A stretch of DNA of 64,000 nucleotides from a virus (taxonomy: Duplodnaviria; Caudoviricetes): IMG/VR virus record IMGVR_UViG_3300031260_000038, positions 15,099 through 79,098 of that record; one strand, 5' to 3'. Under the pieces are notes generated by a model. That model was not told where the DNA came from and ran no database searches. It saw only the letters and a list, made by a program, of their open reading frames with translations. Below are positions 26,214 to 37,509 of the stretch, one piece after another (position 1 is the first letter of the stretch; every line of letters starts with the position of its first letter). Both the position numbers and the translations under genes were made by a program.

Positions 26214-29200
26214 TTATCTAAACCCTTGACTTGCAAGAGTGTTTCTTATTTGTGAAACAAGTATATTGTTATTTCTATCAACATCATAAGGCGTATTGTT
26301 GTTTATATTATTGATAATTTTTACTAACTCACTATTAAAAGAATTTCCACCATTTTCTACACGCTCAAACTGAGCAATAAGTTTAGGAAAATACTTATAA
26401 ATCATATCATCAAAAGTTTTTGTTTGATGTTCTGTTAGTATTCTCTCTTTGTCATGAACCATTGCTAATCCTTCTCCCTTTGTCATTGAGCCACCAGATA
26501 ATACAGGAACACCACCACTCTTAAATGTAACTAACTTAGGCCATGTTTGAGGGCCTACTTTACCATCAATGCCAAGACCATATTTAGATTGAAAGGCTCT
26601 AACAGCCGCTTCAGTAGCAGGACCATATTTTCCATCAATACCAGCTGAGCCAACACTGTAACCTTTTGCTACAAGATTTCTCTGTATTCTTTTTACCGTT
26701 TCACCCGCTGAACCACGAACAAATACTGTGTTTGGATATGGTATTGCACTTGTTGTTGGTTTAGGGGCGGGAGCAGGAGTGGGCTTAGGAGCAGAAGCAA
26801 CAATAGAAGGAGAAGAAGGTTTATAGCTTATATTTGGAACTGAAACACCAGATTTAACAGTCTTAATGCTATCTAAAGCTTTATTAACTTCTGCTGTTAT
26901 TTCTTTAGCCATGCTTCCACCAAGAAGTTGTCCTATCCCGCTAAATGTTGGTTCGTATTGTTTCAATAAATTTACAATAGCGTTCATATTATTTGATAAT
27001 AATAGCTTATTGGCTTCATTATAAAGATTAGCTTCACTTAAAAGTTTTTCATAATATTCTTCAGCTTTAGCTATTTTTTCATCATATGTTTGATTACTTG
27101 CTTCAGCAGATTCTTTAACCTTTGCTATTTCTTTATCAATCGCCGCTATCTGAAGGTTTTTTCTAAGCTTATTAACTTCTGCTTGTAATTCAGCTGTTCT
27201 CTTTTTACCTAAAACAGAATCATCTAGCCTTGACATTTCAAGCTTTTTCTCAAGAGTTTTAAGATTAGCTTGGTCTTGCTGTTCTGTACTTTGTAGTGCC
27301 GCTTTTTCAGCTTCAAGTTGTGCTATTCTTTCATCAAAAGCCTTTTGTCTTGCTGTTCGCTGTGCTTCAATAGCTTTAATTGCCGCTGACTTTTCTTCTT
27401 CATATTTTGCCCTAATAGAAGAAACAAGTTTAGCTTGCATAGATTCAACAGCACTAACAGCATCATCATAAGCTTTTTGTACTTCTGCACTATAATCTTT
27501 TTGCATCGAAAGTAAATTTTCATAATGTGAAACTGTTAATTTTTCAACATCTGTCCATGTATTTTCTGCTTTAGATTTAATAGCATTATAAGTACCCTTA
27601 ATAGAATTAATTTCTTTATTAATTCTGGCTAAAGCCACTTTAGCTGAAATAGCACCTTGTTCATAAGCATTACTAATAGCTATTCTAATAAGCTCAAATC
27701 TGGCTTCAGTATTGTCTAATAACCTTTTTTGCGCTTCATCTTGCGCTCTTTCGGCTTCTGATGCTGAAGATGAAGCTGAACTACTTGTGTCTTTAGCTAT
27801 TTTTTCAAAATTAGGAGAAGTTGTTCCATATGTTTTTGTAGAGCCAAGTTGTGCTTGTAATCCTGTTATTTTAGCTATATCTGCATTGTAGCTTCTTACA
27901 TTAGATTCAAGATTTCTCTTTGCTATAGTAGCTTCTCTTACCGCTGTTTTACGGCTACCTGTTCTTGACAAAGTGCTTGCATAAGTTTCAGAATATATTA
28001 TTGAACTAGCGGCAAATGATTCAGCATTTGAAAGAGCTTGCATAGCTTCTATTTGTTTTTTGTATGCATTTAAAGCGCCATTAGATGTATCTATTATTGC
28101 TTTCAACCTATCAGAAGAAGCTGTTGCTGTAGTTTTAGCAAGATTCAATTCTTTATTTATTAAAACATCTATCGCACTTGCATTAATGTTTAAAGTATTA
28201 GTGTTGGCATCGTAATATTGCAATAATTGTGGGTACTTATTCAAAAGCTCAGATATTTGCTTAGAATTTAGTTGTTGATTATTCGCAACTGTATAATAAG
28301 CATCTGCAAGCATTAAAGAATTAGACGAAGCATTATCAAATGTTTCTGATATTTTCCTTGCTTCTTCTTCAGCCGCCGCTAAATCTTCTGTTAAATCTTC
28401 TGTTGCAGATGATGCATGAGCTGTAGCTCTATTTAACCCTTCCATTCTATTTTCCATAGCAGAAACCCTACGAATTTCAGCTTCTGAAATAGGTTCTGTA
28501 ATACCAGAAAGAGCCTTTAATCTTATATTTTCTTCTATAATTTTATTATGTTTTTCTATTTCTTCAGATAAAAGTTTTTGAGCACTTTCTAAATCTTTAA
28601 GTTCTTTTTTAGAAAGATGATTAGTTTCAAGATTTTTTTCTAATTCTTTATTTATATCTTCTAAAATTAGCTTAAAATCGTTGCCCCTGTCTCTTGCTTC
28701 TGGTGTATTAATCCCATAAAGAATATTAGATGCTCTTGCCGCTTTTTTTACTATGTCATTAGAAAAAGTTTTTACAGGTCCTAAATAATTTTCATAATCA
28801 CTAAAACTACTAAAAAATGCTTCTGCCATTTGAACAGCTGTTTGATTAGTTAAAACTAATTGCCCCGCTTGTTCTATACTCAATGTTCTTAAAGCTTCTA
28901 TATTATCTTCTATGGCACTTGTATTGTTTATAAAAGCACCTGTAGTAGTATCAATAAATAAAGGCAATTTTTCTTGTTCTGTTCTAACAGCGTTTATAGC
29001 ATCTGCTGATTCTTCATATTTTGTTTTTAATAAATTAGCAACTTCTATAAGTCTGTTGTCTTCATCAATAGTTCTTCCTTTGGTTTTAGATAATTTATCA
29101 TATTCATTTATTAAAGAATTTATTTCAACCTGAGAATCCCTAAAAGTATTTGCAGATTCTATAGCAGTTTCAGCCAATCTTTCAAGTTCGGCATTGCCTT

Positions 29201-31298
29201 CTTTGGATTTTTGTATAAATTGTGTTATAGCAAAAACCAATACTGTAGCTATTATTCCTGCTAAACTAGAAAATCCTGCCCCTGTATTAGCCGCCGCCGC
29301 TTTACCATTTTTTAAACTTTCAATAAGACCATTATGATTTTTCATTCCTTTTGCGGTTGCAGATGCGAAAGCTCCTACAGATTTTATAACTTCTTTTAGT
29401 GGCGTAATTAAAGCAACAAACCCCTTATGTATCAAAGATGTCTTATTAGATAATGCCGCTAAAGTTAATGTCAAGGCAACGTTAGCTAAACCTAATTTAT
29501 TAATAAAGTCAATAAAACCTGTACCAAAACTAATAAAAGACTTCATAGCATCTGTTTCAATAGTGTCTTGCCACATTTTTGTAACAGCATTATTAAACTC
29601 ATTAACTTTTGCTGTAATTGACTCTGTATAAATAGCGTTTTCTTCTAGTGCTGAACCTGTAGAATTAACTGCTTCTCCAAGCTGTTTTTCTACCATTGTC
29701 CAGTTATCCATTAATCCCAAGAAAACGTCCATTTGTCTTTTATTAGCAAGGTCTGTAGCTAATTGTTGTTTTTGTATAGAGTCTAATGTTCCCCATTTCC
29801 CTGCAAGCTCAGTAAGAACGTCCATAGTATCTCTTAGCTCGCCATTCATGGTAATACTAATGCCCGCTATGTTTTTAAGAGCCAGTCCTGCTTTAGCAAA
29901 AGAATCTTCATCAACTTCTGCTTCTGCATCTTTTATCTGTCTAATATTAGCAACAATAGTTCTAACAGCTCTACCAATTTCAGAACCTTCGCGCTGAGTT
30001 GCCGCTGTCGCTGTACCAATAATAGCAATAAATTGGTCAATAGAAAATCCTGCTGTATCAGCAACATTAGCCGACATTTTAATAGCATCTGACATTTTAC
30101 CAATAGTAGTTGCATTATTATTAGATACATTATTCATTGCATCTATAGTATGTGCAAGCTTTTCATAATTACCGTTTAGCTTAAATCCTGCATTAGCCGC
30201 AATAAGCGTCTCATTAGCTGTGTCAGCAGTAACATCACCAACGTTTTGTAATAACAAGGATAACTCTGTTAATCCTGTTAATTGAGTATCTCTAAATCCT
30301 GCCTTTGCAAACATTTCATAAGCAGATAAATAATCCTGAACAGTCCTACCAAAAGCAGAAACTTCTTCTGAAGCTCGTCTAGCAAGTGCTGTAGCTGAAT
30401 CAGCTGTCATATCAGTAACTTTTCTGATATTTACAAGAGCATCATCAATTTCTCTAAGAACTTCTAACCCTTGTTTAAACTCTTGCCATACCTTATAAAC
30501 AATAAATCTGGTAGAAATAAATTGAGATAAAACTTTAACAAAATCACTAGCAGAACTTTTACTTCTATTAAATTCTGTTGTAAGCCGCTTCATCGCCGCT
30601 TCATTTTCCTGTGTTACAGCAACTGCCCTACGCTGTTCATCTGTTAAATCAGAAAAATGCTTGCCACTACCAATAACATTCATAGCCGCAGTATAGTCTT
30701 GAGAATATTCAGCATTAATTCTTTTCAGATTTTCAATAGCATTTTCATAGGACATTGTTTTGTTTCTGTATTGTTCTTCTATACTTTTTGCAACTTTACT
30801 AGCAGATGTTTTTTCGTTAGCCATAAGCTTGTTATTATATTGAGTGCTCATAGTAAGCAATCTCTTATAATAATTTTCCCAAGCTAAATAATTTTTATCT
30901 GTAGGTTGACCACCCTGCTCTATAATACGGTACATTTCCTTTTGTGCCGCCAAAGCTTCACGCTGAGCTTTATTAATGGCTTTAGTTATGTTTTCTTGGT
31001 CTCCAAAAGCAAATTGTATTCTTATAGCGTTCTCTCTTGACTTTATTATATTATTAAGGCTTTTAACTTTTTTTACTACATCTTTTTCGATATTTTTATC
31101 ATCAATATTTATTTTTATAGTGGCGGGCTTTTTAGCTAATCCGCTATCCACCTTAGCTACTATTTCATTTATATCTTTATTAAGAGTAGTTTTACTAATA
31201 GTAGGCTTAATAGTAACATTTTTTAATTTTTCTGATAATTGTTCTTTTATCTTATTAACATCAATAATAGCATCTACTAAAATTTGGAAATCGCTCAA
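26214..31298 (-). CDS. Tape measure protein with C-terminal PG-binding domain
   Basis: 1694 aa, Ala-rich and helical; TP901-type IDDALVNIRKVTD; GIDGKYGPATEAAVRAFQ. Confidence 0.9.
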   Translation of the reverse strand: MSDFQILVDAIIDVNKIKEQLSEKLKNVTIKPTISKTTLNKDINEIVAKVDSGLAKKPATIKINIDDKNIEKDVVKKVKSLNNIIKSRENAIRIQFAFGDQENITKAINKAQREALAAQKEMYRIIEQGGQPTDKNYLAWENYYKRLLTMSTQYNNKLMANEKTSASKVAKSIEEQYRNKTMSYENAIENLKRINAEYSQDYTAAMNVIGSGKHFSDLTDEQRRAVAVTQENEAAMKRLTTEFNRSKSSASDFVKVLSQFISTRFIVYKVWQEFKQGLEVLREIDDALVNIRKVTDMTADSATALARRASEEVSAFGRTVQDYLSAYEMFAKAGFRDTQLTGLTELSLLLQNVGDVTADTANETLIAANAGFKLNGNYEKLAHTIDAMNNVSNNNATTIGKMSDAIKMSANVADTAGFSIDQFIAIIGTATAATQREGSEIGRAVRTIVANIRQIKDAEAEVDEDSFAKAGLALKNIAGISITMNGELRDTMDVLTELAGKWGTLDSIQKQQLATDLANKRQMDVFLGLMDNWTMVEKQLGEAVNSTGSALEENAIYTESITAKVNEFNNAVTKMWQDTIETDAMKSFISFGTGFIDFINKLGLANVALTLTLAALSNKTSLIHKGFVALITPLKEVIKSVGAFASATAKGMKNHNGLIESLKNGKAAAANTGAGFSSLAGIIATVLVFAITQFIQKSKEGNAELERLAETAIESANTFRDSQVEINSLINEYDKLSKTKGRTIDEDNRLIEVANLLKTKYEESADAINAVRTEQEKLPLFIDTTTGAFINNTSAIEDNIEALRTLSIEQAGQLVLTNQTAVQMAEAFFSSFSDYENYLGPVKTFSNDIVKKAARASNILYGINTPEARDRGNDFKLILEDINKELEKNLETNHLSKKELKDLESAQKLLSEEIEKHNKIIEENIRLKALSGITEPISEAEIRRVSAMENRMEGLNRATAHASSATEDLTEDLAAAEEEARKISETFDNASSNSLMLADAYYTVANNQQLNSKQISELLNKYPQLLQYYDANTNTLNINASAIDVLINKELNLAKTTATASSDRLKAIIDTSNGALNAYKKQIEAMQALSNAESFAASSIIYSETYASTLSRTGSRKTAVREATIAKRNLESNVRSYNADIAKITGLQAQLGSTKTYGTTSPNFEKIAKDTSSSASSSASEAERAQDEAQKRLLDNTEARFELIRIAISNAYEQGAISAKVALARINKEINSIKGTYNAIKSKAENTWTDVEKLTVSHYENLLSMQKDYSAEVQKAYDDAVSAVESMQAKLVSSIRAKYEEEKSAAIKAIEAQRTARQKAFDERIAQLEAEKAALQSTEQQDQANLKTLEKKLEMSRLDDSVLGKKRTAELQAEVNKLRKNLQIAAIDKEIAKVKESAEASNQTYDEKIAKAEEYYEKLLSEANLYNEANKLLLSNNMNAIVNLLKQYEPTFSGIGQLLGGSMAKEITAEVNKALDSIKTVKSGVSVPNISYKPSSPSIVASAPKPTPAPAPKPTTSAIPYPNTVFVRGSAGETVKRIQRNLVAKGYSVGSAGIDGKYGPATEAAVRAFQSKYGLGIDGKVGPQTWPKLVTFKSGGVPVLSGGSMTKGEGLAMVHDKERILTEHQTKTFDDMIYKYFPKLIAQFERVENGGNSFNSELVKIINNINNNTPYDVDRNNNILVSQIRNTLASQGFR

Positions 31299-31320
31299 TT
31301 ATTTCACCACCTTTCTTTAA

Positions 31321-31848
31321 TTATTTTATTTTAATTCCAAAATTTCTGTATTCTTTTTTTATAAAATCTATAACTTTTTTAGATAAAGCCCCGCCATCAA
31401 CACCACCAGAAGATATTTCTTCTAATGTTTTTTCAAAATAACCAACGCCATCATAAGCATAAACACTTGAATTATTTCCTTTTTCAAGCCATTCTATCAC
31501 AAGCATTGGTATAGGGTCTCCATTCCAAGTGTCAGACAAATCTAATGACATATGCTGATTCCAACTAGAACCAAACACTTCATTAGCTGTTATTTTATTT
31601 TGCCAATCAAAATAAATACGAACAGATGTTTGGTTTCCAAACACTCCTGTTAGCTCATTGCTAATAGAGTCTAATATCTGATTCGTTCTTTCGTAATATC
31701 TTGGCTCATTAGCCTTGTACCACAATGTATCTAAATTTTTTCTAAGTAATTCGGCTATATAATTAGATGTATTAAGCATAACTTCAGCAGTTATACTATT
31801 AAGTTTTTCTTGTAATCCTGCATATGTAGTTATGCGTGTTTTAGCCAT
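31321..31848 (-). CDS. Probable tail morphogenesis protein
   Basis: PRYYERT motif; position upstream of tape measure. Confidence 0.4.
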   Translation of the reverse strand: MAKTRITTYAGLQEKLNSITAEVMLNTSNYIAELLRKNLDTLWYKANEPRYYERTNQILDSISNELTGVFGNQTSVRIYFDWQNKITANEVFGSSWNQHMSLDLSDTWNGDPIPMLVIEWLEKGNNSSVYAYDGVGYFEKTLEEISSGGVDGGALSKKVIDFIKKEYRNFGIKIK

Positions 31849-31862
31849 CTATACCACCTTCA

Positions 31863-32444
31863 TCATTCTTCTTGTTTGCCATCTAACACTTTGTTGAAAT
31901 TCTTAATAACACCATTAATGCCACTAAGTTTCTTCGTACTAAACCCTTCAAACGTTTCTTTTGTCTTATCTATTACTTGATTCATTTCCTGAATATCTGG
32001 AACTTGTGTCTTCATATTCTCAAAAAAGTCAAGAATAATATTTATAACGCTATTGTTTTTTTCAATTAAAGAATTGACTTCTTTTTGAAATATTTCTTTC
32101 AATAAAACAATATCGTCTATAATAAACTCTATATTATAAAGTACCTTTCCTGATGGTGTTTCTTTAAATTCTGATACCATATCATAAACATCAAACAGTT
32201 GTGATACATCTTCATCAAATTCTATGTTTGTATAATTTGAAACAATAAAATAAAAAGAAATAATATCATAAAACATATTATTAATTGAGCTAAATCCTTT
32301 TTCATCTACTTCTACTACTGCATTAGCAAAACTCTGAGCTATTTCATATTTCTCTATAATAGGAATATAGCTACGCTCAACACAATTTTCTATAAACATT
32401 TCTTCGTTCATTTCCTGCTGTTTCATAAATTCTTCAAATTTCAT
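31863..32444 (-). CDS. Hypothetical protein
   Basis: Acidic 193-aa ORF. Confidence 0.5.
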   Translation of the reverse strand: MKFEEFMKQQEMNEEMFIENCVERSYIPIIEKYEIAQSFANAVVEVDEKGFSSINNMFYDIISFYFIVSNYTNIEFDEDVSQLFDVYDMVSEFKETPSGKVLYNIEFIIDDIVLLKEIFQKEVNSLIEKNNSVINIILDFFENMKTQVPDIQEMNQVIDKTKETFEGFSTKKLSGINGVIKNFNKVLDGKQEE

Positions 32445-32490
32445 TTTTTAAATCTCCTTTTATTCTTTTAATTAAATAGAGATGACAGAA

Positions 32491-32931
32491 TCAACTGCCA
32501 TCTCTCTTATCTATTGTTTCCCTACGTATCAGATATTGCTGTATTGTATTGTAACTTTTTGTAACTTCTCCATTAGCCCCATTTTGTTTAAGACCATCAA
32601 GACAAGCGAATAAACCTTCTATAATATATTTATCAGCTTCTATAAGTCTTTCAAGATAAAAAACACTATTATCATTAGCAACTTTAACCTTGTCAACCTT
32701 TTCTGAAACTCCTTCTATTTTAGTATTAAGTTTTTCTATTTCACATTTGTCAGCCTTTTCATTTATCTGACTATTCATATATTCACAATTTGTCACACTT
32801 ACCACTTCTTCTCTTATTTTTGGTTTTAAAAACCATTTCCAGAAAAAAGTAAGTATTGTTGCTAATCCTACTAACGTTCCTACTATTGTACCAACTACTT
32901 TTTCTACATCTGTCAAAAATTCCATTAACAA
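32491..32931 (-). CDS. Membrane-anchored protein (possible second holin)
   Basis: N-terminal transmembrane helix, then coiled coil. Confidence 0.45.
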   Translation of the reverse strand: MLMEFLTDVEKVVGTIVGTLVGLATILTFFWKWFLKPKIREEVVSVTNCEYMNSQINEKADKCEIEKLNTKIEGVSEKVDKVKVANDNSVFYLERLIEADKYIIEGLFACLDGLKQNGANGEVTKSYNTIQQYLIRRETIDKRDGS

Positions 32932-32939
32932 ACCACCTG

Positions 32940-33470
32940 TTATCTTTCGGTATGTTTGTCTGCCGCATAAGCCATCATTATAGCATCAGCTTCATCTTGT
33001 GTTACCTTTACTCCAAACAACTCATTTGATAGTCTTTGTGCATAAGCCTTTTCAAAAGCACGATTTACTTTTCTTTTTTTACCAGAAGCATCTTCTTGAT
33101 GTGTAGGTATTCCTGCATCTTTTTTCCAGTTAGGTATTCTATAAACGACGTAATTTATTTCCTTTTCATAACAAGCGGCTGATATAACACCTAAAAGCGC
33201 CGCAAGTTTTGTATGAGTATCATGGTTATTATTGTTTTGAATACCTTCTATAACAACAAGGTCTGGTCTTATTTCTTCTATTTTGTTTAAAATAAAATTT
33301 TTAATTTGAGCACAACGCCTAGACCAGTGCATTATATCATAATTATATCGTTTATTGTCTCCTGTATATTTAGTGCCTTTAAAAGTAATCCTGCCATAAT
33401 CAATTAATTTCCCATCTTCTACTACAGCCCAACCTGTTTCTGTAGCTTGGTCAAAAGCTAATACTTTCAT
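32940..33470 (-). CDS. RuvC-like Holliday junction resolvase
   Basis: VLAFDQATETGWA, VVIEG, DEADA. Confidence 0.75.
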   Translation of the reverse strand: MKVLAFDQATETGWAVVEDGKLIDYGRITFKGTKYTGDNKRYNYDIMHWSRRCAQIKNFILNKIEEIRPDLVVIEGIQNNNNHDTHTKLAALLGVISAACYEKEINYVVYRIPNWKKDAGIPTHQEDASGKKRKVNRAFEKAYAQRLSNELFGVKVTQDEADAIMMAYAADKHTER

Positions 33471-33640
33471 TTGTCGCTCTCTCCTTCTACTTTATCATAA
33501 GGAAAGACTTTTAAAACAAATGTTTTTCCACAAAGACAACAAATAGCATTATGTTTTTTAGGTTCTTCCATAGTTAAATTTAACTTGTCTATCACAAGAG
33601 CAGACGAACCATCTTCGTTTATATGTTTACAGCCTTCCAT
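33467..33640 (-). CDS. Small Cys-containing protein
   Basis: MEGCKH...CCLCG after GGAG RBS. Confidence 0.45.
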   Translation of the reverse strand: MEGCKHINEDGSSALVIDKLNLTMEEPKKHNAICCLCGKTFVLKVFPYDKVEGESDK

Positions 33641-33761
33641 TCCAAATCTCCTTAAAATTAAACAAAAAAATGGGGCAAGCCACACCAATATTTTCCAAAT
33701 AATATTGTTTTTATTGAAGTGAACTTGCCCTATTTTATATCTATAACTATACCATTATAGA

Positions 33762-33935
33762 TTATTTGTCTTTTTGTGAACAGCTTTGTTTAGATGATGT
33801 ATGCACGTATCTACCACGATTAGGACACCATCTTTGTTTTATACAGATATTGTTAAGAACTTTACACCAAAAAGGTTTGGTTCTTGTATCTTCTTGTAAC
33901 AAAGCATTTTTACACAATTCTTCATCTCTGAACAA
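33762..33935 (-). CDS. Small Cys-rich protein (57 aa, not in ORF track)
   Basis: TTG start; LCKN...FWCKVLNNICIKQRWCP. Confidence 0.45.
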   Translation of the reverse strand: MFRDEELCKNALLQEDTRTKPFWCKVLNNICIKQRWCPNRGRYVHTSSKQSCSQKDK

Positions 33936-33951
33936 TTAAATCAGCCCCTAA

Positions 33952-34947
33952 TTAGGAAACGACAACTTTAACAACATCAGAAATGCCATCAAGTTCGACT
34001 GTTACATAAGTTGTTCCTGCCGCAACACCAGTAATAATACCAGTAGCCGCAACAGAAGCTGTAGCGGGTGTCTCTGATGTAAATGAAAGGTCAGCATTAG
34101 CAAGCAGTACAGGAGCATACTGAGCACCTCTCAGTCCATAAACTGAAAGAGTCTGTGTATCACCAACACCAAGAGCTATAGTAGCGGGTGTAGCCGCCAA
34201 AGCTGTATAAACAACATCATGACCAGTAATAGAAACCATCAGGTCTGCATACAAGCTATCGCCACAACCAGAAGCATAAGCCAAAGCAGTACCACCAAGA
34301 TTCGTACTAGAAACACCATCAGGTGTCATAGCAATCTCGATAGAACCATTAAGCTGTAGTCTCGGAATTATAATCTGAAGCTTGCCAATTATACCAGTAT
34401 TATCACCGATATCAGCGTTAAGAACAGCCTTAACAATCTTAGGAATACCCGCACCTGTAATGCTGATTTTTTCAACATTAGGAATAGATGACTGATAATA
34501 AACTTCAATAGTCTCACCTGCTAAAGCCGCAAATGTTACATTTTTATTATCGACACCAGAAGGTACTGCCGAATAAGTTGTGCCGTTATGTCTTGCAAAA
34601 ACAACATCATTAACAGCAGACTTAGCTAAAGTTCCTGCACCTGTTTCGTCAAGAACTACACACTCTCCAAACTGATAAAGGTCTTCAGAACCAGTCTGAA
34701 TAGCATTACCTGTCTGCAAAGCCAAAAGTTGATACTCGAAAGCGGCGCTTGTCATTGCAAGGTCAACAACACGGCTATGTTTATACTCATAAACCTTTTC
34801 GTTACCTTTACCAGCTCTGATTTCATTAGTATCAATACTAGAAGTAATAGATGTATCTGTATTGGCTTTTGCAACACCAATAAGAACATCTGTTGAAGGG
34901 TCAAACAGAGCAACCTCTGCGACACTTACTACAAATAATTCATTCAT
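33952..34947 (-). CDS. Major tail protein with C-terminal Ig-like domain
   Basis: EIRAGKGN motif; C-terminal ATGIITGVAAGTTYVTV. Confidence 0.75.
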   Translation of the reverse strand: MNELFVVSVAEVALFDPSTDVLIGVAKANTDTSITSSIDTNEIRAGKGNEKVYEYKHSRVVDLAMTSAAFEYQLLALQTGNAIQTGSEDLYQFGECVVLDETGAGTLAKSAVNDVVFARHNGTTYSAVPSGVDNKNVTFAALAGETIEVYYQSSIPNVEKISITGAGIPKIVKAVLNADIGDNTGIIGKLQIIIPRLQLNGSIEIAMTPDGVSSTNLGGTALAYASGCGDSLYADLMVSITGHDVVYTALAATPATIALGVGDTQTLSVYGLRGAQYAPVLLANADLSFTSETPATASVAATGIITGVAAGTTYVTVELDGISDVVKVVVS

Positions 34948-34962
34948 TATTAATTATCCCCC

Positions 34963-35769
34963 TTATTTTTGAGAAACTTTTTCATTAAATTCACCAACAA
35001 ATTTTGATAAAGCTATTCTTGCAGAACCATACTCGTCTATGTCTTCAAGATGTCTAAACCAATGCTGTAACTCTTCTTTAAATTTAACATTACCAGAAAG
35101 CTCAGCCGCTTTGTTGACTCTCCATTCGTCTATATTTACCATTCTTCTAACATTATTAAGAAATTTATAAATAGGCTCTTGCTTAATTTCTTCATAAGAA
35201 AAACCAGTCCAAACATGGTAATAATCTACCATATCTTCTGTTGTAACTTTCCCTGTATGATTTAGTTTAGCTCGCTCTGCATTAACTTCATCAAGCCGTT
35301 TCTCCATCTCTTCACTAAGAGTGTAATCAACATCTTTTAAGCCATTAACTTTGAGCAAATAAAGTCTTAATTTCTCAAAACCATCTTCATCTAAAATTTG
35401 CTTGTCTTTAATGTTTTTGTCGTAATGGTTATATAACATCTTATATTGTCCATCATCATCATTTATAAAATTTAATGATAAATATTGTTCTTCTTCAAGA
35501 GAAAGTATAAAAACTGTTAAAAACATATTTCTATACATATCACCTTCTCCATCAGGCTTACTAAATAAATAATTAAATAAAAAATTCAAATAACTAGACT
35601 TTATAATATTTATATCAGGTATTCTATTTTTCTTTTGTTTTAATACAGAAATAGCATACATAAAATTTAAATAATATTCCATTTTTACAGGATATATCAT
35701 TAGCCCTTCAAATGGTATAGCATCACCAAACAAGTTAATATAATTAACATTCATCGTTAGAAGCACCAC
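34963..35769 (-). CDS. Virion morphogenesis protein (unknown)
   Basis: Position in SPbeta-like head-tail block. Confidence 0.45.
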   Translation of the reverse strand: MVLLTMNVNYINLFGDAIPFEGLMIYPVKMEYYLNFMYAISVLKQKKNRIPDINIIKSSYLNFLFNYLFSKPDGEGDMYRNMFLTVFILSLEEEQYLSLNFINDDDGQYKMLYNHYDKNIKDKQILDEDGFEKLRLYLLKVNGLKDVDYTLSEEMEKRLDEVNAERAKLNHTGKVTTEDMVDYYHVWTGFSYEEIKQEPIYKFLNNVRRMVNIDEWRVNKAAELSGNVKFKEELQHWFRHLEDIDEYGSARIALSKFVGEFNEKVSQK

Positions 35770-36292
35770 CTGTTAGAACAAATCCAAACAATTGATAGCC
35801 TGTCATAACATCATTATAAAATTTATATTTTAACATGTCTTGATGTCTATTATTAAAGAAAGCCATTTTACCTATACTACCAACATCTTCACCATTTAAT
35901 TCTGATAGTATTTCAATTATAATCTGCATTACCCTACGTTGACCGTTTGATAATACCCAAAGTTCCTGATGACAAACTATATCAAAGCTATATCTAACTC
36001 TGCCCTTATATGGGTCAATTGAGCTAATGCTTGCTTCATATATTCTAATTTCTGCTCGCTGTCCTTCAGTAACAAAGTAAGTAGGAGCAATATTAAATAT
36101 TCTACATTTGTCTCTATCAGTTTGTCTTATAAGACCTAATTTTTGGTCTTGTGTTAAGTTGGGTTTATCAAGAGCATTAGCATCAGGGTAATAAAGTAAT
36201 TTAGCTATTTTATCATTATTAACAATCTTTATGGCAATATTATTATAAATATCGTCTAATCTGTTAAAATTTGTCCAATTGCTCATGTCCAC
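35744..36292 (-). CDS. Probable tail terminator / neck protein
   Basis: KIAKLLYY, FDIVCH motifs; position. Confidence 0.4.
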   Translation of the reverse strand: MDMSNWTNFNRLDDIYNNIAIKIVNNDKIAKLLYYPDANALDKPNLTQDQKLGLIRQTDRDKCRIFNIAPTYFVTEGQRAEIRIYEASISSIDPYKGRVRYSFDIVCHQELWVLSNGQRRVMQIIIEILSELNGEDVGSIGKMAFFNNRHQDMLKYKFYNDVMTGYQLFGFVLTGGASNDEC

Positions 36293-37509
36293 ATACTCCT
36301 AATGCCTATCTCTTTAGTCAATATATCACCGTTTTCTCCTTCAGCCACCAGTATAAAACTTTTAGCCGTTGCAGGAACTGTGACATCACAACTAAAATTA
36401 TCAATTTGTGTTATCTTAATAGTGTTATCTACACAACTGAAATCATAAATGTTTGAAATATTATTTTCAACTAAATATCTGTAAGTTCCACCAAATCTTG
36501 TAATGTCTTCGCCAACAATGTATGCCGTTGCGTTTGCCGCCTTAACTTCAATTGTTATAGTTGCAGAAATGAGAGGGTTCGCATCTAAAGCAATTGTTAT
36601 AAAAGCAAAGCCTTCAGACAATGCAGTAACATTATTTCCATTAATAGAAATAATTTCATCATTACTACTTGTTAAAGTACAGCTTTCAGACACAATATTT
36701 GCCGATTTATATACATTATAAACAACTGTTTCACTATCACCAATATTTAAAGAAAAATCACCAGTAGAAGCCACAATGGAATAATCACCGCTAACAACAT
36801 TGTCAGCAATTCTATTTACCATATCGTCATAATCTTCATTAAACTGATGTTCTTCAGCTGAAATTTCTATAAGTCCTTTATGTGTAGTTTTTTCAACATT
36901 AGCTACACGCCATGCCATATCATTAAAAATAAATCGCATATCACGCTTAATCTTTAATGAATTTTCATTTTCTTGCAAAACAACAAATCTCTGGTTTCCA
37001 CCAAGTCTCATTGTTTTATCAAAATCAACATTATTATAAGTATAAGTAAATTTAAAATAGTCAATTACACAAGGTTCTTCTAAAATATTACCATATTCAT
37101 CTCGCCACTTTAGGCTAGAATTACAACGCCTTAAAATTCCACTTTTAGTAATAGATGTTATATTGTCTGTATTAAAACAAAGCCAATAATCATTATTGTA
37201 AGTGAATCTAGCGCCAATACGAAAATCAATATCTACAGAAGAAGGCAATATTTTTAGATAATCGTCACCTATATAGGCGTTTTTGTCAGGCGTTAAAACC
37301 CGCTCAAGCCTAGCAGTTATATCACTAAAACTGTTAGAACCCACGATGCTTTCATAACCAACCTTAAATACATCTGTTGCCATTTCAAATTCTGAATCTA
37401 TTTTAGATTGCATTTGTTCTTTTTGATATTCTCTATAGTCGCTAACTTTAGAAGAGTTTGCTCCAATGAGAAAATCATTTGTCTTTATAACCTTCCCCAC
37501 TAAGTTCAA
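36283..37509 (-). CDS. Head-tail connector region protein with Ig-like domain
   Basis: SSNDEIISINGNNVTALSEG. Confidence 0.5.
   Translation of the reverse strand: MNLVGKVIKTNDFLIGANSSKVSDYREYQKEQMQSKIDSEFEMATDVFKVGYESIVGSNSFSDITARLERVLTPDKNAYIGDDYLKILPSSVDIDFRIGARFTYNNDYWLCFNTDNITSITKSGILRRCNSSLKWRDEYGNILEEPCVIDYFKFTYTYNNVDFDKTMRLGGNQRFVVLQENENSLKIKRDMRFIFNDMAWRVANVEKTTHKGLIEISAEEHQFNEDYDDMVNRIADNVVSGDYSIVASTGDFSLNIGDSETVVYNVYKSANIVSESCTLTSSNDEIISINGNNVTALSEGFAFITIALDANPLISATITIEVKAANATAYIVGEDITRFGGTYRYLVENNISNIYDFSCVDNTIKITQIDNFSCDVTVPATAKSFILVAEGENGDILTKEIGIRSMWT

Noticed and set aside
36124-36135. Palindrome gtcttataagac resembling the junction at 11011-11019
   Set aside because: Inside a structural gene, far from any recombinase; likely chance
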